The translations under genes were made by a program, and so were the position numbers. From Macrostomum hystrix (taxonomy: Eukaryota > Animalia > Platyhelminthes): a stretch of 64,000 nucleotides of DNA. The notes below the pieces were generated by a model, which made no database searches, had not been told where the DNA came from, and was given only the letters and a program-made list of their open reading frames with translations. The stretch spans positions 2,604,001 through 2,668,000 of the forward strand of contig CATNEN010000030.1 of the NCBI GenBank assembly GCA_950097015.1, in the 5' to 3' direction. Of the stretch, positions 34,501 through 46,781 are shown in pieces (the first letter of the stretch is position 1; each line of letters begins with the position of its first letter).

Positions 34501-37500
34501 ATTCTCTCCCTATCGGTCCTTTGTTAGGATGTGTATTCTCTCCCTATCGGTCCTTTGTTAGGATTGGGTATTCTCCCCCCAATCGGTCCTTTGTTAGGAT
34601 GTGTATTCTCTCCCAATCGGTCCTTTGTTAGGATGTGTATTCTCTCCCTATCGGTCCTTTGTTAGGATGTGTATTCTCTCCCTATCGGTTCTTTGTTAGG
34701 ATGTGTATTCTCTCCCTATCGGTCCTTTGTTAGGATGTGTATTCTCTCCCTATCGGTTCTTTGTTAGGATGTGTATTCTCTCCCAATCGGTCCTTTGTTA
34801 GGATGTGTATTCTCTCCCTATCGGTTCTTTGTTAGGATGTGTATTCTCTCCCTATCGGTCCTTTGTTAGGATGTGTATTCTCTCCCTATCGGTCCTTTGT
34901 TAGGATGTGTATTCTCTCCCAATCGGTCCTTTGTTAGGATGTGTATTCTCTCCCAATCGGTCCTTTGTTAGGATGTGTATTCTCTCCCTATCGGTCCTTT
35001 GTTAGGATGTGTATTCTCTCCCTATCGGTCCTTTGTTAGGATGTGTATTCTCTCCCTATCGGTTCTTTGTTAGGATGTGTATTCTCTCCCTATCGGTCCT
35101 TTGTTAGGATGTGTATTCTCCTCAATTACTTTAGTGTGTTAAAAAAAGTAACTGCTCCTTATACTGTACAAGGAGCTAATTGCCTTGCTTAATCGGTGAT
35201 GTGAAATTAAATGACGTCGTTCTTAAACCTATAGCGCTTTTTCAAGCATGTGTCTAGTGTCTAAGATTAACATTTCCATTCGCGTCCTGTGGCGCGATCT
35301 CTCCCTCTCTCTCCCTGTCGGTTGGTTCCGAAACTAGCTGCTCTAGTCAGGCATTCAGTGTAATCCAATCTATCTGACCAACATTAGCTTGCGGCTAGTC
35401 AGTCCTGGTTTGAAATTGCAGCATTCGGCTCATGTAAGGGGGGCATTGCTGAGGGGGACATCTTTCATTAGCATATTATATACATTCAGCGTTGGTATGC
35501 TAGCAAAATTGCTGCATTATGAAGTGTACTTTTCATTTTTACAAGGCTAATCACTTTTGCTGTGGTTAAGAACTGCCGGTTGACTCATTTTTGGTTGTTT
35601 TTTTTAGCATAGAGTCCTTATTTTGTGTGTAATAATCAGTTTGATTGCAGTGTGACTGTTTCTTAACCTTAAGATATTACAAAGAGTAATAATCCAAGAG
35701 ACAAAAGCGGAACAAATGAAAAATTAGCAATACGACGAGAACCGATAAAATGGTAGCTATATAGAGAGACGATATTGGGGAGAGATGTGACGGATGAGAG
35801 ACGATATTGGGGAGAGATGTGACGGATGAGAGACGATATTGGGGAGAGATGTGACGGGTGAGAGACGAGATTGCGGAGAGATGTGACGGGTAAGAGACGA
35901 GATAGGGGAGAGATGTGACGGGTGAGAGACGAGATATGGGAGAGATGTGACGGGTGAGAGACGAGATTGCGGAGAGATGTGACGGGTGAGAGACGAGATA
36001 GGGGAGAGATGTGACGGGTGAGAGACGAGATTGGGGAGAGATGTGACAGGTGAGAGACGAGATATGGGAGAGATGTGACGGGTGAGAGACGAGATATGGG
36101 AGAGATGGGGCGGGTGAGAGACGAGATAGGGGAGAGATGTGACGGGTGAGAGACGAGATTGCGGAGAGATGTGACGGGTAAGAGACGAGATAGGGGAGAG
36201 ATGTGACGGGTGAGAGACGAGATTGGGGAGAGATGTGACGGGTGAGAGACGAGATATGGGAGAGATGTGACGGGTGAGAGACGAGATATGGGAGAGATGG
36301 GGCGGGTGAGAGACGAGATAGGGGAGAGATGTGACGGGTGAGAGACGAGATTGGGGAGAGATGTGACGGGTGAGAGACGAGATTGCGGAGAGATGTGACG
36401 GGTGAGAGACGAGATAGGGGAGAGATGTGACGGGTGAGAGACGAGATTGGGGAGAGATGTGACGGGTGAGAGACGAGATATGGGAGAGATGTGACGGATG
36501 AGAGACGAGATATGGGAGAGATGGGACGGGTGAGAGACGAGATTGGGGAGAGATGTGACGGGTGAGAGACGAGATAGGGGAGAGATGGGACGGGTGAGAG
36601 ACGAGATTGGGGAGAGATGTGACGGGTGAGAGACGAGATAGGGGAGAGATGTGACGGGTGAGAGACGAGATATGGGAGAGATGTGACGGGTGAGAGACGA
36701 GATTGGGCAGAGATGTGACGGGTAAGAGGATAACGCAGGAGATATAAGATAGTAGATGAGAGAATAGAGGAAATATGAGATAGGGTAGAGGTATTTGAAG
36801 AGGGAGAGATGAGACGGGGGAGAGACGAGATAGGGGAGAGATTGGCTGGATAAAAAAATTGGCTGGGCCGTATCTGGTCAGCGAGCCTATGCTTTCCGAT
36901 CCCGTGCTCCGCTGCCATATGTTTTGCATAAAAAACGAAAAAAAAGATTTAACAATTTTTTCCATCATAAATATACTTTTTTTGCAGGACAACTTGGCCC
37001 TATTCATACAGACCTGCGATCAGATGTTTAGCGTGCCCAAGCTGTCAATGTTTGAAGTCAGCGACGTTATTGAAGACTTGTCAGAGAAGTACAGTCCGTA
37101 AGTTATTCGCTTTTTGGGTGCCTATTTTTCTTCGTTTTCGAAGCAGCAAAAATAATAAAAAAATTTTTTTTACAGAGAAGACGCTGTCTACGAAGACGAG
37201 AGACGCTGCAAAAAGGTAAACTGAATATTTGCTACAAGCGTAAGCATAGGTACATCGAAAACAGGATACTTCCAAACAATTTAAACATACATAAAATCAT
37301 GAAGATCTGAATTTATGGGAATCGAAATTTGTAAGGATCTTTCATCGTGAGGATCTAAAATCGTAGGGTTTTGAAATGAAATTCGTTCCTGCCTCACCTT
37401 AGATTCTCACCTGCCTGCTTCGCTTGCATCGCTTTGTGGATCTTCGACCATCGACGCCCCGGCTGGAGCTGTCCGCTCTTATGGCAGTGCTGGGCGGAGG

Positions 37501-40500
37501 CAGCGGCGGCAGCCGGCCTTCCAGTGCCGGTTCCAAAGATTCTACCGCCGCTTCAGCCGACCCTCCTAGTGTTCAGCTGAGCCAACCGAGTGCAGCTCGC
37601 GTCCCAGCCATTGCTAACAGCGTCAATCCGTTGCAGTTTGTGCGGCCGGATGGTAATGAACTAGTCGCGAGCGCCAGGAACCAGCTGCGGGTTATTCAAC
37701 GTAACAAGGAGCAGCTGGCCGAGGCAGCCGCTGCTGCAGCCGCCGCTAACACAGCCGCATCCAGGGGCGATAGAAAAACTGACTCTGAAGGAGACGCTTG
37801 GATTTCGGTAATCATATTATTTGTCATTATGGCGCTGTAGGTCCTGGGAGCTGATGGTCTCGCGATCTTGGGATTCAGAATCCGGGTTGGTTATTTAGGG
37901 ATTCAGAATTCGGATTGGTTCTTTTGGGGGTTAGAATCCGGATTGGTTATTTTGGGATTCAGAATTCGGATTGGTTATTTAGGGATTTAAAATCCGGGTT
38001 GGTTATTTTGGGAGTTAGAATCCAGGTTGGTTATTTTGGGAGTTAGAATCCGGGTTGGTTATTTTGGGAGTTAAAATCCGGATTGTTTATTTTGGGATTA
38101 GGAATCCGGATTGGTTATTTTGGGATTTAGAATATGGGTTGGTTATTTTGGGATTCAGAATCCGGGTTGGTTATTTTGGGAGTTAGAATCCGGGTTGGTT
38201 ATTTTGGGAGTTAGAATCCGGGTTGGTTATTTTGGGATTTAGAATATGGGTTGGGTATTTTGGGATTCAGAATCCGGGTTGGTTATTTTGGGAGTTAGAA
38301 TCCGGGTTGGTTATTTTGGGAGTTAGAATCCGGGTTGGTTATTTTGGGATTTAGAATATGGGTTGGTTATTTTGGGATTCAGAATCCGGGTTGGTTATTT
38401 TGGGATTTAGAATATGGGTTGGTTATTTTGGGAGTTAGAATCCGGGTTGGTTATTTTGGGAGTTAGAATCCGGGTTGGTTATTTTGGGATTTAGAATCCG
38501 GGTTGGTTATTTTGGGAGTTAGAATCCGGGTTGGCTATTTGCATTTTAAATCCGGATTAGGATTCTAGAACTATTTTTAGAATATATTTACTTTTATCTA
38601 AAGCTAATCGATCATGTTGATGAATTTTGACGCAGTCGTTGAACTGCTGGAAGGAGCGTCGCCGGCAGACTCTGCAAAACTCGGGCGCACTGCAGCGGCT
38701 TGGCCTTCTAGAAGAGCAAGTAGCGGCCGAGACTCACCGCGAGACTCAGCAGGCTATGGAGGCCGCCAGGTCGCGCAATCGATCCATTGGACAAGCGCTC
38801 AAAGAGAGGTCTGCCAGGGTTTTTTAGTCCCCGCTGTTTTTCTATAGCATGAAACGGAAGTACTAATGCTCTTATTTCTGCTTCCGCAGAGCCAGAAGCC
38901 TTGGCCATCTGGACTCTGAAGACTTCGAGGAAGAACCACCAGAGCCAACGCCGAAGGCCGTGTCGCCGGCACCAGATGATTCGAAGTCGATTGAAGCCGA
39001 AAACTCTCTGCCTAAACAGAACCGGTTCGCTCCGCTGTATGAGCGCCAGACTTCTCAGCCGGCTCCCGCGAGGTCGCCGTCTCCGCCGGTGCGAAACATA
39101 CCGGCCGCCTTCTTTGATCGTAGTCGGAATTCGCCGCCGCAATCGCCAAAACGGCACAGCCCAACGGCCGCGTCTTTTGATCTTCGAAGATCGCCGCCGC
39201 AATCACCGAAGCTGACAAATCCTACGGCGGCGTCTTTTGATCTTCGAAGATCGCCACCGACATCACCAAAGAGGCACAGCCCATTGGCGGCGTCGTTTGA
39301 GCTTCGCAAATCGCCGTCTCAATCGCCGAATCGCCGCAGTCCCAGCGTCCTTGATCGCCCAGCATCGCCTCCCATGCCGACACCGCAAGCGGAGCAGCTG
39401 TCAGTCTCATCGTCGGGCGGCCGATTTCTCGAGGAATTCCGCGTTGCCAGCGGCATCAGCTTGGGCTTTCGAGATTCATCGGTGTCGACGGCTAAATCGC
39501 CAACTCCAGAAGCTTCTAGCTCGTCGCCATTGCTGTCCCAGACGCCTCGCTCGGGGCCGCTGCCCTGGGAGCGACGCCAAGAATTCCGACCGGTCAGCTC
39601 GAAGTTCAACGCGGCCATTGCGGCCACGTCGCCACGCAGTCGCTACGCGGATGTGTCCGCCTCCACGGTGAGAGATCTCCCGTCTGTTGGGTGGGGTCTT
39701 TGACACCCCAGTCTGTTGGGTGGGGTCTTTGACACCCCAGTCTGTTGGGTGTGGTGTTTGACACCCCAGTCTGTTGGGTGGGGTCTTTGACACCCCAGTC
39801 TGTTGGGTGGGGTCTTTGACACCCCAGTCTGTTGGGTGGGGTCTTTGACACCCCAGTCTGTTGGGTGGGGTCTTTGACACCCCAGTCTGTTGGGTGGGGT
39901 CTTTGACACCCCAGTCTGTTGGGTGGGGTCTTTGACACCCCAGTCTGTTGGGTGGGGTCTTTGACACCCCAGCTTATTTTTATTTAGCCGATTCTCGATT
40001 TTCTGTCCCTTAATTGTAGCCGTCACACTCGCGTTTGACAACTTCTACGTCGCTGACAACGGACGAGGAGGTACGATTGCTAAATATGTTGTGTGCTATT
40101 AAAAATTTTATGCATTTTTCGTTCGTTACATAGAGACCATGTGTAATTGAAAATTTAAAAAACTTAAGTATAATGCATTTTTCGCACTAGCTTTACTTCA
40201 GTCGGCCCAGCAAGGAAGGTGAGAAGATTGTTCTGACCCGCGACTGCAACCTTCAACGCTCGAATGAAATTGATGGACAATACTGATTGTTAGAACCGCT
40301 TGTGCGTTAGTTTGAATGACTGGTTGATTTGACTGATTGGCGGTTTGTTTTACAACTGGCTTTGATAGACTCTGCGGCACAGCTAATGGCGAGCTGAGCA
40401 GACACTTAGACTGCAGTATTGGCATGCTTTTTTTCGCTTTTATACAACAGACATAGCACTGAAGAGGATAGGTGGAGCGCTGAATGATATGGGGAGAAAA

Positions 40501-43498
40501 CAGCCAAAGCGCTGAATGATATGGGGAGAAAACAGCCAAAGCGCTGAATGATATGGGGATAAAACAGCCAAAACACTGAATGAAATGGGGAGAAAACAGC
40601 CAAAGCGCTGAATGATATGGGGAGAAAACAGCCAAAGCGCTGAATGATATGGGGAGAAAACAGCCAAAACACTGAATGATATGGGGAGAAAACAGCCAAA
40701 GCGCTGAATGATATGGGGAGAAAACAGCCAAAGCACTAAATGATATGGGGAGAAAACAGCCAAAGCGCTGAAGGATATGGAGAGAAAACAGCCAAAACAC
40801 TGAATGATAGGGAGAGAAAACAGCCAAAACACTGAATGATAGGGAGAGAAAACAGCCATAACACTGCAGGAGGGGGGAGAAAACAGCCAAAACACTAAGG
40901 GTTAGGAGGAGAAAACAGACAAAACACTAAAAGGTTAGGAGGAGAAAACAGACAAAACACTAAAAGGTTAGGAGGAGAAAACAGACAAAACACTAAAAGG
41001 TTAGGGGGAAAAAACAGACAAAACACTAAAAGGTTAGGGGGAGAAAACAGCAAAAACACTAAGGGTTAGGGGGAGAAAACAGCCAAAACACTAAGGGTTA
41101 GGGGGAGAAAACAGCCAAAACACTAAAAGGTTAGGGGGAGAAAACAGCCAAAACACTAAAAGGTTAGGGGGAGAAAACAGCCAAAACACTAAGGGTTAGG
41201 GGGAGAAAACAGACAAAACACTAAAAGGTTAGGGGGAGAAAACAGCCAAAACACTAAAAGGTTAGGGGGAGAAAACAGCCAAAACACTAAGGGTTAGGTG
41301 GAGAAAACAGCCAAAACACTGCAGGAAGGGGGAAGAAAACAGCAAAAACACTGAAGGATAGGAGAGAAAACTGCCAAAACACCTAAAGGTTAGGGGGAGA
41401 AAAGAGATTTTTCTGTGCTTGTGCTTTGTGATGTCCCAATATTGCGCCTTAAATGAATGGGCTTCACAGAAGAAATCAATAGGTAATCACAACATGGGAT
41501 TTAAATATTGAACGACATGCTTTAAAATCTATTTAATTTTGAATTCGCATCACGCAGAGGCTGCCCAATCTGTCACAGTCGGCTACTTCACTGTCACCGC
41601 AGACGCAGCAGCTTCTGCGCCAGTCAATGCCGGACACTTCCGCTTCCGCCGCGACTGCTGGCAAAGATCCATTTAAAGTGAGCCTGTCATTGAAAACTGT
41701 CAACTATATTCTCATTCTCGATAATGAGAGGGTTATGGGATAATGTCACCTATTGGTTGGAGAATTGCTTCTTTAATCCCACCCAGTCCAAAATGGTCTC
41801 ATTGTGTCCTTACCCTAGGGTAAAATAGGTGCCACCATATAAGCTAAGGAAGAAGAGTGTCAGTGCCATAGCGGTTAACACGTGCCTCTCGCACCAAGGT
41901 CCCTAAGCTCGATTCCGCGGCTAGGCCACGTTTATTTGTGCAATTTACGCCCTTGAGGGCCAACCTCCCAGGCACAGTGAAATGTACACTGCCTGACGAT
42001 GAGAAAGTCAGGGCAGATGTACACACCTGTGTAAGCGTGTGCCTGCTTACGGTATCTGTGTGCGTGTGTGCTCAGGAGTCAGCGAAACGGGCAGAATTGC
42101 CTCCTCGCTGGCTGCAGGTCTAGTGTCACCAAATGGTGTGTCGTTGTCAACAGCCCTCCTGCAATTATTATTATTAAGCTAGGCTAGAAAATTTTAGTGG
42201 GTGTAGGCGATTTTCAACCTTGAACTCATGATCTTTTCATTATAGAATCTCACAAATGGTGGCGGCGTCTCATCACAGAAGCCGCTGCAGCCTCCGTCGA
42301 CGCAGAAGCTGCTGCAGAATCAGACAATAATGGAGCAGCATGAAGGCCACAGAGCGACTCGGATGGCGTAAGTGTTCTCACCATTAATTGGCAAGGATTA
42401 AACAGGTTTTAAAATATTCTTCCCTTAACAGAAGGGTGGTTGCCTAGTGGTTAGAGCACCGGACGCACGAACTGAAGGTCAGGGGTTCAATTCCTGACTC
42501 CGCTCCACTGGAACAGTTCGTGTCCTTTAAATGGGGTACCAGCATTTAGCATTATCTAGGGTATTTGAGGGTGAGTGTCGCGTCTCCCCAATCCATGGAC
42601 TGAACAGCGGCAATAGCTGCGGGTCGAACCCCGGGCAGGTGTAGTTAATAATTATTGAATTCCCAACAACTGCCTCAAACTAATTCAACCTCAAGCCGCC
42701 GCGATGAGGCCCAGTTGAAGCATCGCAGCCAGTCAAGCGACGGCGGTGACCGTGGACTCGCTGAGCCCGCGCTGCCACCGAACACCGGCGCCAAGCCCGA
42801 CGTGTCTCTTCGCCGTCAGCAGGCGCCACCGCCGCCGCCGCTTCCGCCGCGAACCAGTGCCAGCAGTGGAAACCTTCAGCTGGCTGGCGCCACCGGAGAG
42901 CGCGAGCGGCCGCTATCTGTCAGCGGCAAGAAGCGCTGCTCGCACTGCCATTTAGAGCTGGGTAAGTTGGACTAGTTGGGCCAACTAAGTAGTCTCATGG
43001 TCAGTCTGGGTAAGTTGGACTAGTTGGGCCAACTAAGTAGTCTCATGGTCAGTCTGGGTAAGTTCCGAAGGAAAGGTCCGAAGTTCGAATCTCATCCTGT
43101 GGAAAACAGGTTTTATCATTGAGCGAAACTATTTTCTATTCATTTCATTCACCGGTGTTAGCTGAAATAGAGATTATTCTATGTATAGTAAGTAAAAGTG
43201 AATTTTCCTTCGCCAGCTTTCGCTCTGGTTATTGAAGCCGTTGAATCTCCGCCTAGTCTGTCTTATGATTTTCATAAATCTTGTTTTAAACTGGCATGCA
43301 GGCTCCGGCGGTGCTATGGCTATTGAATCTCTAAGCCTGTACTATCACATCAAATGCTTCCGCTGCTGCGTGTGCCAGACACTGTTGGGCAATGGCACTA
43401 CCGGGGCAGATGTGAGAGTCAGGAGGGACCGGCTGCACTGCCCCGGCTGCTTCAGCTCAGATGAAGGTATTATGGGCTCGGTGCTGGGTGTTGTGTGA
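31584..43498 (+). CDS. LMO7/LIMCH1: LMO7/LIMCH1-family protein: N-terminal calponin-homology domain, Ser/Pro-rich middle, C-terminal LIM domain
   Basis: Predicted exons 31584-31852, 32764-32833, 36988-37097, 37176-37215, 37403-37807, 38636-38808, 38890-39667, 40020-40070, 41558-41677, 42246-42367, 42696-42961, 43302-43466 or 43498. CH domain: LSDGVQLCELLNALRPGCVKKINR...GLDNLALF. Also WKERRR. LIM domain: SVSGKKRCSHCHLELG...AMAIESLSLYYHIKCFRCCVC...ADVRVR..LHC..C. The terminal exon and a possible micro-exon at 40202-40218 are unresolved. Confidence 0.85.
31872..32680. repeat. 33-bp minisatellite starting just after the donor at 31853
   Basis: Unit ctgtgggatcaggtgtattagtctacttgcagt, about 24 copies. 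Confidence 0.97.
33495..35120. repeat. 34-bp intronic minisatellite
   Basis: Unit ttaggatgtgtattctctccctatcggtcctttg, about 48 copies. Confidence 0.97.
35762..36730. repeat. 32-bp purine-rich intronic minisatellite
   Basis: Unit gagagatgtgacgggtgagagacgagattggg, about 30 copies. Confidence 0.97.
37868..38555. repeat. 28-bp intronic minisatellite
   Basis: Unit gaatccgggttggttattttgggagtta, about 25 copies. Confidence 0.95.
39681..39971. repeat. 29-bp intronic minisatellite starting about 13 nt after the donor at 39668
   Basis: Unit gtctgttgggtggggtctttgacacccca, about 10 copies. Confidence 0.97.
40478..41402. repeat. 32-34-bp intronic minisatellite with two unit subtypes
   Basis: gaatgatatggggagaaaacagccaaagcgct grading into aagggttagggggagaaaacagccaaaacact. 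Confidence 0.95.
41862..42176 (+). mobile_element. SINE family B, near full length
   Basis: Head gcggttaacacgtgcctctcgcaccaaggtccctaagctcgattccgcgg, family B body and (tta)n tail. Confidence 0.8.
42432..42655 (+). mobile_element. SINE family A copy
   Basis: ggttgcctagtggttagagc...ggggttcaattcc...cgtgtcctttaaatggggtacc...ccatggactgaacagc...gcaggtgtagttaataatt. Confidence 0.75.
42958..43065 (+). repeat. 48-bp tandem duplication that triplicates a 5' splice site
   Basis: ctgg|gtaagtt occurs with GT at 42962, 43010 and 43058 (exact 48-bp period). Confidence 0.95.
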
Positions 43499-43654
43499 GC
43501 TGTTTACTTTACTTTAATCCTGTGTTTATTTGCTTCTTTTTTCCTATATTTAACTGTTTCTACTTCCTAGCGATATGGCACGCTTTACTGTGCTTATGCA
43601 GCTGGCTGGCACCTTTAAGCCCTGCTAATGAGTTGATCTTCAGTTTCATGCTTT

Positions 43655-43905
43655 CATTCTCAGAAGATTCTCAGTAGTATAGAGAGTATTTTCATTCTCA
43701 GCAGATTCCCAGTAGTATAGAGAGTATTTTCATTCTCAGCAGATTCCCAGTAGTATAGAGAGTGTTTTCATTCTCAGAAGATTCCCAGTAGTATAGAGAG
43801 TGTTTTCATTCTCAGCAGATTCCCAGTATTATAGAGAGTGTTTTCATCCTCGGATGATCCTCAGTAGTATAGAGCGTGTTTTCGTCCACCAGAAGATCCT
43901 CAGTG
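43655..43905. repeat. 38-bp tandem repeat
   Basis: Unit ttcattctcagcagattcccagtagtatagagagtgtt, about 6 copies. Confidence 0.9.
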
Positions 43906-44319
43906 TCAATTAAAATTAGTTATCGAAGAGAACTCATTACGCATGCACGTTTTCTATTCTACATTATATTGCACCTGGTTTTCGCTTTTGCGTTCCCTAT
44001 CCGTATAGTAAACCTTCTGTTGTTTTGCCTGTCATTTTTGTTTTTCTTTTAGTTGCTATATATATTTGCTGGTTATTTCTCTATCCTAAATCGCATTCTA
44101 TTTCCTTATTACCCTATACTAAATGCTAATATGCACATTTTACTAGCTTTTTGTCATTTGTGTGTACTTTGTATTCTTCACTACTTGCCATGCGAGTAGT
44201 ATAAGTATTGCGTTTGTACTTTTAGTGCGCGGTTATTTCTAAGTGACTAAGCTGTCACAGAACCTGTAGATTGGTAGTCCTCTGTCATTAGCTCCTGTAT
44301 TTTATTACTCTGCTGATAT

Positions 44320-45135
44320 TGCTGATTGGCTACTGCCCCAGCCCTTCAGGTCTTGCTGATTGGCTACTGTCCTTGCACTCTAGGTCTTGCTGATTGGCTA
44401 CTGTCCTAGCACTCCAGGTATTGCTGATTGGCTACTGTCCTAGCACTCCAGGTATTTGCTGATTGGCTACTGTCCTAGCACTCTAGGTCTTGCTGATTGG
44501 CTACTGTCCTAGCACTCCAGGTCTTGCTGATTGGCTACTGTCCTAGCACTCTAGGTATTTGCTGATTGGCTACTGTCCTAGCACTCTAGGTCTTGCTGAT
44601 TGGCTACTGTCCTAGCACTCCAGGTCTTGCTGATTGGCTACTGTCCTAGCACTCCAGGTATTTGCTGATTGGCTACTGTCCTAGCACTCCAGGTCTTGCT
44701 GATTGGCTACTGTCCTAGCACTCTAGGTATTTGCTGATTGGCTACTGTCCTAGCACTCTAGGTCTTGCTGATTGGCTACTGTCCTAGCACTCCAGGTATT
44801 TGCTGATTGGCTACTGTCCTAGCACTCTAGGTCTTGCTGATTGGCTACTGTCCTAGCACTCCAGGTATTGCTGATTGGCTACTGTCCTAGCACTCCAGGT
44901 CTTGCTGATTGGCTACTGTCCTAGCACTCTAGGTCTTGCTGATTGGCTACTATCCCAGGCCTCCAGGTATAGCTGATTGGTTACTGTCCCAAGCCTCCAG
45001 GTTTAGCTGTTTGGCTACTGTCCCAGCGCTCCGGATCTTGCTGATTGGCCCAACCCTCAGGATCTTGCTGATTGGCCCAAACCTCAGGATCTTGCTGATT
45101 GGCCCAACCCTCAGGATCATCCTGATTGGCCTGAC
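44320..45135. repeat. 34-35-bp minisatellite carrying an inverted CCAAT box per unit
   Basis: Unit ttgctgattggctactgtcctagcactccaggtc, about 25 copies; the last units are 27 bp. Confidence 0.95.
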
Positions 45136-46781
45136 GGCCACTGTCCCCCTCCACGCAATATCTCAAATGTTCCGGTGTTTTTAATTTTCAGTACAATTCA
45201 TTAAAAGCAAGCTAATAGAGATCATGCACGTGCATTTATTATCCACCAATTCAAACCGATTCGTCTTTATTTTGCTGCATAGCACTATGTATAAAACTTT
45301 TTATGTAGTTACAACTGGCGATTGCAAAAGTTAATTTTTTAACCTTACTACTAGCAGATCAATAAAATACAAAACAATAATTATGTTTTTTATTTGCACT
45401 CCCATAATTTAAAATTTAAAGTACTCACCTATACATAATATCATTCAGATATTAACGAATGCACCAAAATTAGTTTTCAGTTAGCTTAAAGTATGCTCAC
45501 TCGCAGAGGAGTAAATAATAAGTGATTTGTTTGATTAAAAAAACTATAATATAGTCACATGATTTTGCACGCAATCATCTGCTGTTATGATTATAACCTC
45601 ACTATACTATGCTCACTAATTTCACGCAAACTATTTTTTAGCTGGCCCCTGATTGGCTAAAGCGGCAAGTTGCTAGCCTCGCTCTGATTGGCTAGCCGGC
45701 TGGCGAGCTAAATAAAAACAAATTTCCCGAATTCAAAGCAGATGCTGACTACATTGCACAGTTCTAGTAACCATTGGCGTCTTCTTTGATCTAATATTGT
45801 ATTGAACAAAATATATTTGAATGTGGTTTGTTATTTTATTGTCTGCACTAGCGGCATTTTTATGCTATTTCATTTTTTAACCTAATATGGACGCATACGC
45901 ACTGAAATCTCTGGCTTTGAGCTAACCGCATCGTTAAACGCACATTTTTATCCGTTTGAAAAGTTTTCCTTAGAATATATAATTTTACCCTAACTATTCT
46001 TATGTTACTAAGCCTGGTTAAACATAGGTATTTTGTTGGGTCTCATTTTAAATAATTAGCCATTGTTTAAAAATAAACCGTGGATCTTAGCTTATCTATA
46101 TTGTATTTATCTAATTAAATATTTTATCAGACTATACTACTGATAAGGCTAGAGTAGCATGTGTGGCTTATTTTTTCTATTAAAAATCTAGAATCCAAAA
46201 AATCGATATTTATTTTACTTTGCGTCTCTTTTAAACTGTGATTTACTTAAACACTGTATTTACTATTTCTATATGATTTGTGTGCGAATGAAATATATTC
46301 GCGTTTGTGAGTCACATTGCATCTTTATTATTCTCTTCGTCCAATTTAAACAGTTTTGTGTTCAACTGAAAAATGAACCCATTTTTTTACATTTTCAATT
46401 TTAGGTTTCGATGTACATCTTCTGTAAATACTGTTAGAGCTTCGAAAAATTTAATCAGCGTTAGCTTACTTTATTTATGCACTTTATTCGCACATTTTTT
46501 GGTGTTTGTGAGTGTTTTTTATTTCATATCTAACTGAGTTATAAGCATGCTAATTACCAAAATCAGTCAATTCTCAAACTTCAACCAGCAAGTTGCATAC
46601 TATAAATAAACTTTTTATTGCTAGAAAATTGGTAACTAGAAGCACTGGCCAGTGGCTATATATGAAAGGAAACTAATGGCTGACTTTCCCGACTGAAATA
46701 TTTGTCATTTTATTAGTTTTTACTTTACTGATTTATATTTCACTGATAATGAATGTCTAGTCAAAGTTTGTCAGGCCGCAA

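Noticed and set aside
37841-37856. Possible micro-exon gtcctgggagctgatg in the LMO7/LIMCH1 gene
   Set aside because: It would need a 33-nt intron and breaks phase; exon 37807 joins 38636 directly in frame (AWIS|SLNCWKERRR).
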